Assembly (NCBI RefSeq): GCF_036321535.1
Contig: NC_087437.1
Location: 13,084,001-13,148,000 of the forward strand
Length of the DNA: 64,000 nucleotides
Direction: 5' to 3'
DNA from: Camelus dromedarius
Lineage: Eukaryota
The notes under the pieces are model-generated. The model saw only the letters and a program-made list of their open reading frames with translations. It was not told where the DNA came from and did not search any database. The position numbers were made by a program, and so were the translations under genes. This document shows, piece by piece, positions 53,441 through 64,000 of the stretch (its first letter is position 1; the number at the start of each line of letters is the position of its first letter).

Positions 53441-53744
53441 ATGGAAAGGCAGTAATGGCTTCTGTCAAGTTCATGCTGTAGGCTGCCACTAAAATTTAGA
53501 GAGTTTTCTCACAAGGTAGATCAGTTACTTTGCTCTACTGAATATGTTCTCAGGATTTGATTGACAGCATCCCAGGAGAACAGAGGGCGCTAGATGGGTA
53601 TTCATGTATTAGGAGGACTTGTTTTCAAAGATACCAGACACAAAAGAGCACAGGCAACATTATTCCTTTTATAAGGGCCCCAAATGGGCAAAACCATGGC
53701 CTTGCCCCCACCCTGGGAGGCTGATCGAAAGAGTGTCAGAGATG

Positions 53745-53890
53745 GTCTCTGGGATACTGTGATATTTTGTGTCTTGGTCTAGAGGATGGCTGGAGGGGTG
53801 AGCTCAACTCTGTGAAAGTTCATCCAGCTGAGTACTGATGTTCTGTGCACTTTGGTCTCTGTATTTATTCATCAATAAAAGGAAAAAAAA
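53745..53890 (+). mobile_element. Ancient L1M 3' terminus
   Basis: tgtgaaagttcatccagctgagtact...tgtgcacttt...tcaataaaaggaaaaaaaa. Confidence 0.7.
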
Positions 53891-54611
53891 TTCCTGTGTA
53901 TGTTTTCATTTATTCTTGTAGAATAAGAGTAAAACCAACATCAATTTGTTCTCAAAGAGAGTTGATGTTATGGTGACTTCCCCTAAATGCCTCTGTCCTG
54001 GAAACATCTTGGAAAAGAGAAATCCTGCTTGTGTGGGGTTGGCTCCAGGCCTTAGAAATGAGGTTTATAGAGAAGTGAGAGTCAGCTGTCTCTCTGAGGG
54101 GGACAACCTAGAACTTGTCTTGCCCAGACAACACAGACGCATGAGCCAACATGTCAGGTGACCATCAGTGGGTGGGATAGCTCAGCTCCCAGCCCAGGTC
54201 TGCCACTGGGCTCGCAGATGGAGAGTGTTTAGCAACAATGTTGGCAAGACATTTGCATGTAATATGCACATCTCATGGTTTATTGGGGAGACAAAATGCA
54301 TACTTGTGGCCTTTTTTTTTTTGAGAAAAGAAATCTTAATTTATACAGAAACTAAAACTTAATAGTCAACAACATAATCTTGCTAGACACACACACACAC
54401 ATATATATATTTTTGGCCAGCAACAAGGCATCTGATACATTTCTTCTCTTGCTGGTTTACTTACAGGCTTTGGCAACATGATTTTATGTTGCTTATCTGC
54501 TGCCTGTCCTTGGGGAGCGGTACGAAACGCTATGATAAAATAAATCTTGTGCCCACATGACCAGGCTCCAGGATCAGGGTTTTCCTAGATTCACCCTAAG
54601 AAACCAAAGAT

Positions 54612-54768
54612 GGTGTTTTTCAACCATGCATCAGAATTACCATGCTACTTGTAAAACCATGTGAATTCACACGTAGTGAATCTCTGGTGGGCAGGTCCCA
54701 GGATGCTATGTTTGAAATAAGCTTCCCTGATGATTTTCAAGCACGCTAATGTTTGCAAAGCATTGGCC
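54612..54768. mobile_element. MER5-like fragment
   Basis: tgcatcagaattacc...gaatctctggtggg...aagcttccctgatgatt. Confidence 0.6.
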
Positions 54769-55772
54769 CAGTGGCTACTGGTGGGTGCCAAACATACTCT
54801 GGGGTGGACCCAGGAAACTTCCCAAGAATCTCTGGGAAAGGCTTTGTGGTGGGAACTTTTACAAAATTGGGATCATGGTGCTATAAAGAGGAAAGGAGAT
54901 TCTCTGAACTTGCATGAGGTGTCACAGCCTGTCTTCCCTGGAGGGAAGGAGTAGGCAGTGAGCCAGGCAGCCATGCCCTCCCAGTGCTCTGCACTTCTGT
55001 CCTTCTCCTTTGGCAGGAATTCTGACTTCTACATTCTCTTTGAATCACAAAATTATCCTTTTCTGTGTGTTCCTTTTTGCCTCAGCGGGCTATTTCTAAA
55101 GGGTAAGTGTCACTTTTCTTTTTGTGGATTGTTTTCTTTCTTCCCAAAAGACATTTGAAAGCACCCTCCCCTCTGGGTTTTGCTCAGTTGACTTTATTAC
55201 AAGGACACACCACCAAAAGTACATCCAGTGATGGGATAGGTAAGATCAAAAAAACAAAAAAATCTTTGTTGGGAAAGTAGCTAGAAATGATATATGAGGA
55301 GAAAAGATTAACTCTGGTGTAAATCAGCATTTCTTGAAAAGTGTTGTAAGGAATAGCCAAGGCAAACTGATCGGTTTCTTCCATCCTCAGAATCTGTGTG
55401 AATCTATGTGAAGAATGGAGGACTGTAGAATATTGTCTCATGATTTCATTATTTTTATCTTAACCTTGTGATCTGAGAAGCTCTAAGAGGAGGTGTTCAA
55501 ATTTTTCTTTGGCTAACCAAACAATGGCAGACTTGCAAATGAAATAGGGGAAATGCCAGGTTCGAGAGACGATCTTTAAGAACTATAGATTTGGGGGTCC
55601 TGGTTGTCCAAGGAGGGTCCCTGGTTTGCCTACATACAATTCAAGCTGCATGGCAGTGTTGATAGCAAATGTAAGTATGAAACAGCCTAGAGGCACCAAG
55701 GGGCACTTGCCAAGGAAAGTTACACTATAATCTAAAAGTTTTGATATAAGATTCTGCAAATTTCCTCAAATT

Positions 55773-55967
55773 AGATTCTCAACGTGGGGTGATGTCTGAA
55801 GGTATCTTCCAGTTGTCATAACCAGGGTGGGGGTGGCGTGTGCCACTGGCACCTAGTGGACAGACTCACTGGCACCTACTGCTAAATATCCTGTATGTAC
55901 AGGATGGTCCTTCCATCCTGCAACAAAGCATTATCTGGCCTCAGATGTCAAATGAGCAAGGTTGAAT
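55773..55967 (+). mobile_element. MER20 DNA transposon
   Basis: ttctcaac...ctggcacctagtgg...tgctaaatatcct...attatctggcctcagatgtcaa. Confidence 0.85.
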
Positions 55968-56550
55968 TGGAAAGCAGGGCATGCTACTGTGAAGGTTAAG
56001 CTGGAAAGGACATTCCCAGAATTTTAGTGGCTAAGAAAGCTGTTTCAGAAATCCTTGGAGCAAGCGGTACCTACCATCGGAGGAAATATCAAGCCTGAAG
56101 CCTGAAAAAAAGATGTGTGCGCACATGAAGGAGAGAAGGGAGAAATCACGATGTCTATTTTTGTTTCCATTGTCTAGAAAGGAAAAGCATTTCCAAAACA
56201 AAAAGGGGGGAAAAACCCACTAAAAACAAAATAAGGAAGCACTGTCGCCAGGTAAAAGAAGATCTAGTAGGTTTCAAAGAATTCAGGTATCTGAGCATAA
56301 AAGGAACCAGACATGGAACGTAGATATGGGATTTCTGAGTCTCGGAATCGTTGTCAGTAACCTCTAAGAGCTCATAAGAAGTTCCCGAAAAACGGAGACA
56401 GTCAGATGATTCCCTTAGTCTCACAAAGGCTAGCTTCTGGTTGATATAAACTGGTGACCTTGATGTTTACAACCTCAGACTGTTCTGAAATAGATCATTA
56501 AGTTGTTTATGCATCTTTAGGAAAGGCAAGGATCCATAGCCACTCATGCC

Positions 56551-56690
56551 TATGGTCCGCTCTCTGCATCCATGGACGTGGAGGCCGACTGCACCTACTC
56601 CATTTTATACAGAGGACTTGAGCGCCTGTGCGTTTTGGTATCTGAAGGGTCCTGGAACCAATCCCCCAGAGATAACGAGGAGCGACTGTA
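56551..56690 (+). mobile_element. MER2/Tigger-type TcMar MITE
   Basis: ggacttgagc...ttttggtatctgaagggtcctggaaccaatcccc...gactg followed by TA. Confidence 0.8.
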
Positions 56691-57049
56691 TTCAATAAGA
56701 GGAAGTCATCCGAAGCTGATTTCAGTTCCTTTACAAATAACTTTATGAGGCTGGTAGACCCAAGGAGCTCTCTAATTAAAATTTTTCTTGAGGTGAGCAA
56801 AGTGCTCAGTAGCGTCAGACTTGTAGTGGGTTGCGTGGGTCTCTGTCCACCCAGGTGATGGTCTCTAGTGGAATTTCACAGGCGTAAGCCCTTGGTCCTG
56901 CGTTTTTTTAGGCCAATGGCTGAATGAGATGACACAATGCACAGAAGAGCAATGCCTATGTGGATTATAATAATTCTATCCATCACCTCGACAAGCTGGA
57001 ATGATGATTCCAAAGTCTCCAAAACAAAAACCCCATTTCTAAGTTCCAT

Positions 57050-57486
57050 GAGCAGTGAAACAAGCCAGAAAAAGAAAGATACCACATGATATCACTCATA
57101 TGTGGAATGTAAAAAAAAAAAAAAAAGAAAGAAAGAAAACAGAGCATTAGTGAACTCATCTACAAAACAGAAACAGACTCACAGACATAGTAAACAATCT
57201 TGTGATTATCTGGGGAAAGGAGGTGGGACGGGATAAATTTGAGGGTTTGGTATTTGCAAATGATAACCACTGTGTGTAAAAATAGATAAAAATTTCTTTT
57301 GTATAGCGCAGGGAACTATATTCAATATCTTATAATAATCTTTAATGAAAAAGAATACAAAAATGAATATATGTATGTATATGCATGACTGGGACACTGT
57401 GCTGTACGTCAGAAATTGACACATTGTAACTGACTGTACTTCAATTAAAAAAAATAACAACAGCAATTATAAGAATTAAAAAAAAA
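57050..57486 (+). mobile_element. 5'-truncated lineage L1 3' end
   Basis: Same 3' UTR as 16540-17061 (acaaaacagaaacagactcacagaca; agggaactatattcaa; tacttcaattaaaaaaaa). Confidence 0.92.
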
Positions 57487-57984
57487 GAAGAATTGTTCCA
57501 TACTAAGAAGTAAAGAAGGGAAAGGAAGTGTAGAAATTACAAAATTTTTGGACCTCATAGAAAAACATTATCTAACAACCAGACTGATGCAACAGAAGAT
57601 CCTCTCTACCGGAGAGGACTGCTGGGCACTGAAGGGGCTGGAGCAGGGATGTGAAGGGATTTCTTCATTTGGTGGAAAGTGGCTTAAATCAGAAGGTACC
57701 ACATCTGGTGTCTTACCAGAATCACCTGGGAGCTACTTTTTAAACACACTAACATCAGGAATACATGCCAGAGCTTCTAATTAAATAGATGTAGGGAAAA
57801 GCTCAATAGATTTTAAAACATAAAGTTCCCTGGATGATTGAGATGTGAGAAGCACATGGTCTCTAAGCTCCCCCTTCCCTTTCGTCATTCTGAGTGAAGC
57901 TAAGGACCATGTGGGGAAGGTCCTGATAGCACCTCAGTGAACTTGATCTGCTCTCTGTCTCCTTATATTTGTTCAAGGTCTGTG

Positions 57985-58200
57985 AAAGTCAGGCACTTTG
58001 GTGAGACATTTACACAGATTATCTCACTCAGTCCTCAAACCAACAAGCGAGGAAGGCTTTATCCTTAGAATCATGCTATACCTGTGGAAACTGAGGTTCC
58101 GAGGAGTTCGGTGATGACATAGCAGCAGAGTGAAGACTCAAGTCTGGATTGTCTGATGGCCACGTTGGTCCTCTCCACTGAGTCAGCGTTCCATCTTCCA
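57985..58200 (-). mobile_element. MIR SINE
   Basis: attatctcactcagtcctca...ggaaactgaggttc. Confidence 0.75.
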
Positions 58201-58425
58201 CTATGCCATTCTGCAAACAAAGGAGCATCAGGACCTAAGATACATAAAGGGGTGGATCCTGAAAAAGAGAGAAAAATGACAAATGTGAGAGAGACTGCTT
58301 AGTTCTTCTTCCTTATCAGCCCTCTCCTCAGACCCTTCAGTTCTGAAAGTTCATCCTCTCTTCTGACACAGGAGAGAAGCATGCGTTCCTCTCATTCTTA
58401 AGACAGGATTCCTTTATTCCTTAAA

Positions 58426-58591
58426 AAAGATTTACTTGTTGAAGTATAGTCAGTTTACAGTGCATTGACTATTTCTGGTGTACACCATCAAGTTTCAGTC
58501 ATCCACATACATACATATATCCCTTTTAATATTCTTTTTCATTGCAGGTTACTACAAGATATCGAATACAGTTCCCTATGCTATACAGAAG
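58426..58591 (-). mobile_element. Very short L1 3' end
   Basis: Antisense of the terminal ~160 bp of the L1 3' UTR. 20-bp TSD ggattcctt(t/c)att(c/t)cttaaa at 58406-58425 and 58592-58611. Confidence 0.9.
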
Positions 58592-59036
58592 GGATTCCTT
58601 CATTTCTTAAATTGTCAAAACCTTCCTGGATCTTTGCTTTTTTTTTTTTTTTTTCCAAATCAACACTAACAATATTTTTGTGGTCCTTTGAGAACTTAAT
58701 TGGTTTGCGCAGAACTTACCTGAATGGGTTGAAGGAAAGAAGTTCTTTAAAGGGATAGTCCGGGTAAGCATGATCACCATTCCTTGGTCCTCATAAGCAT
58801 CCTGTTAAAACAATAATCCACAGTAAGTTGTATGTCACATGAGAGCAGTTAGGAACGTATAGGAAGAACACCCCCAGCCAGTCACGATCATAATGTGAAC
58901 AGTCCTTCTGAAAATTCCCCTATAAATAAAGCACAGTGTGTCTGAATGCATAGCCTCTCTCTGAGCTTTAGAATAATACATGAGCATCTTCAAGTGATTG
59001 CTCAGAAAATTATGCTTTTCAGCTATCACAGTACCA

Positions 59037-59124
59037 TATCTATCTATCTATCTATACTTCTATCTATCTATCTATCTATACTTCTATGTATGTATGTATG
59101 TATGTATGTATGTATGTATGTATG

Positions 59125-59176
<52 letters not shown>
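59037..59176. repeat. Compound (TATC)n/(TATG)n microsatellite
   Basis: Directly visible. Confidence 0.98.
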
Positions 59177-60174
59177 ATTTCTGTGGACTTGAATCGATTC
59201 ATTAGAATGCTTGAGTTGGGATTCTAATTTCCCCAAGCACAACTGCTAGACAGCTGATATTCTGAAAATCTCTATAATTACGATGCTTTTGAATAAAGCT
59301 TCATTGAACATAGAGGTAAAACTACCCTATTATTTGTCAGCTCTTAACTCCTCTCATCCCAGTGCCTGCTGACCAAGTTTCATATAGCTGATGACCTTTG
59401 AAATGCAAATCATACAAATCAAATGGCTCCTTCATTCTGAGCACAGTATGAATTTTTTTTTTTAAAGCCTCTTTCAAAAACAGTAAATTTAAATAAAATC
59501 TCCAGGCAGGCTGTTCAGTTATGTCTGACCTTTTTGTAAACATGATGAATCGAGTTCCACTGTTGACCCTGCCCCTTGGAAAAAAGTTCCGCTGTGTAGG
59601 ATGGTGGGTCTCCAGGCAGAGGCAGATGGGTTTTACTGAACTGTTTCAAAAAGAAACTGAAAGGTGCAGGCCAACAGTCAGTCTGGCAGCCTCGCCAGGG
59701 CGTTATTTAACAAACCATTATTAGGCTGTAGAATTCTCTTCAGGCTTTTTGACTTTGCTCACATTTAACTGGTCACATTCCCCCTTCACAGCTGCTTCTC
59801 ACGTAACATCTTCAAGCACTTGCTGGAGACAGAGTGAGGTTTGAATTTACCCAGTCGTTGGATTTCCATTAAAAGAAACATGGAGCAAAAGGCAGGAGGG
59901 AAAAGGTCTATGTGATGGAGATTGGGTGCACTGTCTGACTTCCATGTTCTCTGGGAAAACTTGCTTCTTCTTTCTGGTCACTTTACAAACATCTGTTGAG
60001 TTGTGACTTGGGGAAAAGCATGGCACAGCCCAGAGGCTTGGGAGGCCAGTCCTAACGCTGCTGAGAAATGGAAAGGGGGGGCTTTTCCCTTCTCTGGGCA
60101 TTGGTATCCTCATCTTTATAATCAAGATGCTGAATAAGAAATTTTTCTGGCTTCTGTGGGTTCCATGATTCTAG

Positions 60175-60599
60175 TGAAGAGGTTGATAGATTTTTTTCTA
60201 TGAGGCTAACATAGTAAAGATGTTTGGCTTTTATAGGACAAGAGACAAACTTAAGGATCATGAGTAGGTATTTATATAACAAGAGAGCAAAGAAATATCC
60301 ATACATTTTTGATGAGGTAATTTAAAATGTGCTACTAATTATTGAGTATTTTATTTTATTTTATTTTATTTTATTTTATAGTGCAGGTCTTCTAGTGAGG
60401 AGAACAGAATTCTTTTGTCTGATTTTTTGTTGTTGTTGAGGGCAGATAAGATCTTACTTAATTGGGATTCAAGGTTAGTTCTCTGTCATTGGGTTGATTG
60501 CAAATGTGCATCCATAGAAACCATCCTTAGCTCATGGACCATGCAGAAGCCAGGAATGGGCCAGATTTGGCCCATGGGATGTAGTGTACCAACCTCTGC
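60175..60599 (+). mobile_element. MER58-like hAT-Charlie element
   Basis: End aaaccatccttagctcatggacc...gggccagatttggcccatggg.tgtagt...aacctctg. Internal (TTTTA)n expansion. Confidence 0.8.
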
Positions 60600-62344
60600 C
60601 TGGTGGTGCAGAAAGACTTGTGAAGGAGTTTAACAAAGGAATTAAACTAGAAATAGACATCAGACAACCAAAGGAAAGGTGTTCCAGGCAGATGGGAAAG
60701 ATGAACAAAGACTTGGAGCCCGTTCATAGTAAATATCACGGGATCATAAGGGCAATGGGAACTCAGGAAGGTGAGGTGGTGCGTTCTTGGTGAACAAGTC
60801 CTCAGGCAAAAGTCACACAAAAAACAAAATGTATTTTTCTAACACCAACCAGTTAAAAAGTATTTTTTGCCTAATCTGACAAGTTTTCCACCCTTGCCAC
60901 ATTCTCTCTATGGTTATTTTTACGATTTTTTTAATTATTAGTCACTATCCATGGCCAATGTACTCTTTTAGTTGATTTCTTTGTTTCTAAAATTATACAT
61001 AACCAGCTCGCAAAATGTAGTCACCGAGTTCTGAAGGATAATATAAACAAGTAACTCTGGGGCTCAATGTGCTTCTGAAGCAAAATGCCTTCTGATTTGT
61101 TTAAATGTCAGTCAGCCAGCCAGGGATACACATTCAGGAAGATTTGGATGCTGCCTCTCCAGTGAAGTCATGTTAACATGCTTCAGAGATTTTACAAATT
61201 ACAGAATAGTTTTACATTTTTGTAAGTAAATATCTATGTCCAGTTTAATAAATTATGCTGTTGGTATATCTCCACACAAAATCAACCCTTCCCCGCCAAA
61301 TAGCCTGAAAATAGCTACACATTTCTATTGTAGAGTTTATGCCAGGTCCACCGGTGGGATTGAAGCAGGAATGTCCCACATTCCACTTTAATGGGATCAC
61401 ATGCCGGGTGGTCCAGAGAGACATGCAGCCCATTGCTTTTTGTGAGGTCTGTCATAGCCTGAGTTCCAGAAAGCAGAGCCTGAGGCAAGGCTGGGAGTGC
61501 TGAGGCTTTGTTTGGGAGATGCAGTCTAGGGCACAAGCATGAGGAAGAGAGAAAGGCAAGAAAGATGCGAGCCAATGTGAAGCGCTGCGTTGCCGTGCCG
61601 GCTGCTGCTTTAAAATGAGCTTTGAAGAGACACTCTAGAAAGCTTGGCTGGTGCATCTCCTGAGCTGAAAGGACATCTCCAGACTGTTTGGGAGAATGCT
61701 GGCTTGGGGAAGTCCATGAGAGGGGTAAAGGAGGGGAAATTCATCTTCCCAGCTCCCTCCCACCTCCTGTTTCTCACTGGTCCAGATTCATGTCAAGGGA
61801 AGTTAAGTCCCCCCGCACTTCTGGATTGTGTCATGTGGCCCTTTGGGTGTCTTCTTGGAATGCCAGCTCATCACCTGCTGTGTGTGGTTTTGCTTTTAAG
61901 TCCAGAAGAGGTAAGGGGGCCAGAAACTGCAGGTTTGTGGCTGCTTGGGCCAAATGCATGGCAGAAACCCAGGGGGAGGTTATCATTCCCAGAACAAGTG
62001 ACTGATCAGCTCCTGGTGGTGGCAGGACAGTCTGAGAAGTGGGAGTCTGTGTCTGTAGTTTGTGTCCAATATAAGGTTGATATAAGGTCTTTAGTCAGAT
62101 GCCAAGTTAGCCTCACAGGAGAGTTGCCTCTAGAAAAAGAGAGGTCAATAGGCTAGAGGTGAGATTGAACTGAACCTAAAATGTTGGGTGAAATTCAGAT
62201 TTCTAGAGAAATAACAAATGACCACTTCGCAGAAAGTAATGGATAACAGCAAGATACAAAGGTGAAAATCTGAGTGGTAGAAGTTTGGGACTGTTAATGG
62301 GCTGGTCTGGCTGGAGTGATCTTGGACTTAGTTCCTGTCTGCTG

Positions 62345-62916
62345 TGTGTTTAGGGCTGTTGGTTGCCTCCCCACCTTTCCTCTCGTCCTCGTCTCTATCA
62401 TTTATAAAACACCCACCATTTAGCTCAAGTTTCAAGCCTCCCTCACATGCCCACCTACTTCAGGGAAAGCTGCCCCAACCCCAGCTCTGGCGATTGGATT
62501 GTCATCAGTCCCAACCAATCAAGGAGATCCCACGTCTCTTGCTGGTGACTGGTTGAGGGATGGGCATGTGACCCAAGCTGATGAGCACAATTTGGCTGAA
62601 GGCTCCTGGGACGGTTCCCATGATGCTCAGAAAGGAATGTGGGCATATACGTTGTGAAGTCTGGGTGTGATGCCTGGATCAGCTGTACGCATCCTGGGGC
62701 TATGAGAGAACCAGACTGAGGGCAAAGGAAAGGCAGCCGAGATGGCAGGTGGGAGAGAAGTAAAGAACGTTAGTCCTAGATGAGATTTGGTCCATCATGT
62801 CAACCAAATGAGAACCTGCCTTACCTCTGGACTTCAAGTTATATGAGAAAGTACTTTTTCCTTATTGTTTAAGAATCTTTGAGTCAGGTCTTGGTTATTT
62901 GCAACCAAAATGTTTT
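62345..62916 (+). mobile_element. MLT1 (J/K-like) LTR
   Basis: gactggttgagggatgggcatgtgaccca; ctggacttcaagttatatgag...ttattgtttaag...ttatttgcaaccaaaa. Confidence 0.75.
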
Positions 62917-64000
62917 GAAAAAAAAATTAAATACCCAGAAGATGATAAATCATCATTAGGAGCAAAAGAACTGTCCTTTGTTCAAAAGGCTGCGATGGAA
63001 TAATCATAGGTAGGTCTTTATTTCTCACAGATGGGACTCCTATTTGCCAGTTGGATGCAGCAGAAGCAGAGTCATAAAACGGGATATATATACATATATA
63101 TAATCCCCAGGCTCTATGTTTTCTTATTGGCAATTGTTCTCTCCTAGTACAGGCAGAGGTAAGGTAAAGACATTAGAGGTGTGTTATAAAGATGCGATGA
63201 GGTATTCTATATAAAGAACTCCCCAAACAGTGCGATCAGCACATCTCCTTTTCCTGTCAACAGCAAGCTTGTTAACACTCTTCATGTTGACAAAAAAATA
63301 CTTTTTTCTACCATAGAAGAAGTTTTGACTTTTTCTAACTGACCAGATGTGAGGATGTTATAGAAAAGATGCTCACATTACCTGACTTGACCACTCTTAA
63401 TAGGAAAAGAGCACTTTCTAATCATGAGATACCATGATACGGCAATCATTTTAACTGTAAGAAAGACATGTGTTAAGTTGTCTGAGATTTTTTTCATATT
63501 TATATTGTAGAACTTTTGCCCTAGATGAGGATTAATATCCCAACTGTGGATGGTACCTTCTGGAATATGTCTACTCCTATGATCCTAGAGTTAACAATTA
63601 GTTATCTCCTTCCATCAAAATTTAATTTAAAGACTTGCACCAGGCTATGTCAACATGGCATAAATAATTTACATGAAACACACTTGGTACATCTTCCATT
63701 GAGCAGTTCAAATGTTTGAGCTGCCCCATTGGCTTAATCTGCCTGGCTGGACAAGCTCCATACAGGATATGACTTCACGGTAAGGCTCCATAACCCGGCA
63801 CCCTGGCCAGCTCTTCTCTTTTATGACGGTCCTTGAGAATCCCCCATTACCATGCTCTCTTGTGTTCTCCACTCCAGCGGAGGAGCCCCATTTTCTAACT
63901 TACTCATTCATCTTCCCACAGGGCCTGGCTCTCTGTGGACCAGAATGGTGTGGCCAGACAGATGGGGACCATGGCACATCTCAGAAGATAGTGATTGTGG

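Noticed and set aside
58946..59227. Repetitive IYLS/MYVC ORFs, or a CRISPR-like array
   Set aside because: Tetranucleotide microsatellite with no repeat-spacer architecture; eukaryotic DNA.
61644..62156. 170-aa ORF
   Set aside because: Non-ATG start, no recognisable homology or splice context.

Overview
This is AT-rich, CpG-depleted mammalian non-coding DNA (intergenic or deep intronic). A camelid origin is likely. That inference rests on one tRNA-derived SINE resembling the camelid Vic-1 type and cetartiodactyl-style L1 3' ends, with no Alu, B1, CanSINE, Bov-A or PRE elements seen. I cannot support any protein-coding gene, structural RNA gene or CRISPR array. The supplied ORFs are L1 ORF2 remnants, translations of microsatellites or chance ORFs. 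The window is a mosaic of ancient repeats (MIR, L2, L1M, MLT1, LTR33, MER5/MER20/MER58/Tigger), younger L1 fragments with visible target-site duplications (TSDs), and about eight ERV1-type solo LTRs. Five of those LTRs cluster at 13.3-20.6 kb, including one nested insertion and one inverted same-family pair. Repeat family names come from remembered consensus sequences and need RepeatMasker/Dfam confirmation; most boundaries are approximate. I found no convincing novel biological system. The best leads are the LTR cluster, two inverted-repeat pairs, a few candidate regulatory patches and possible lncRNA splice signals.
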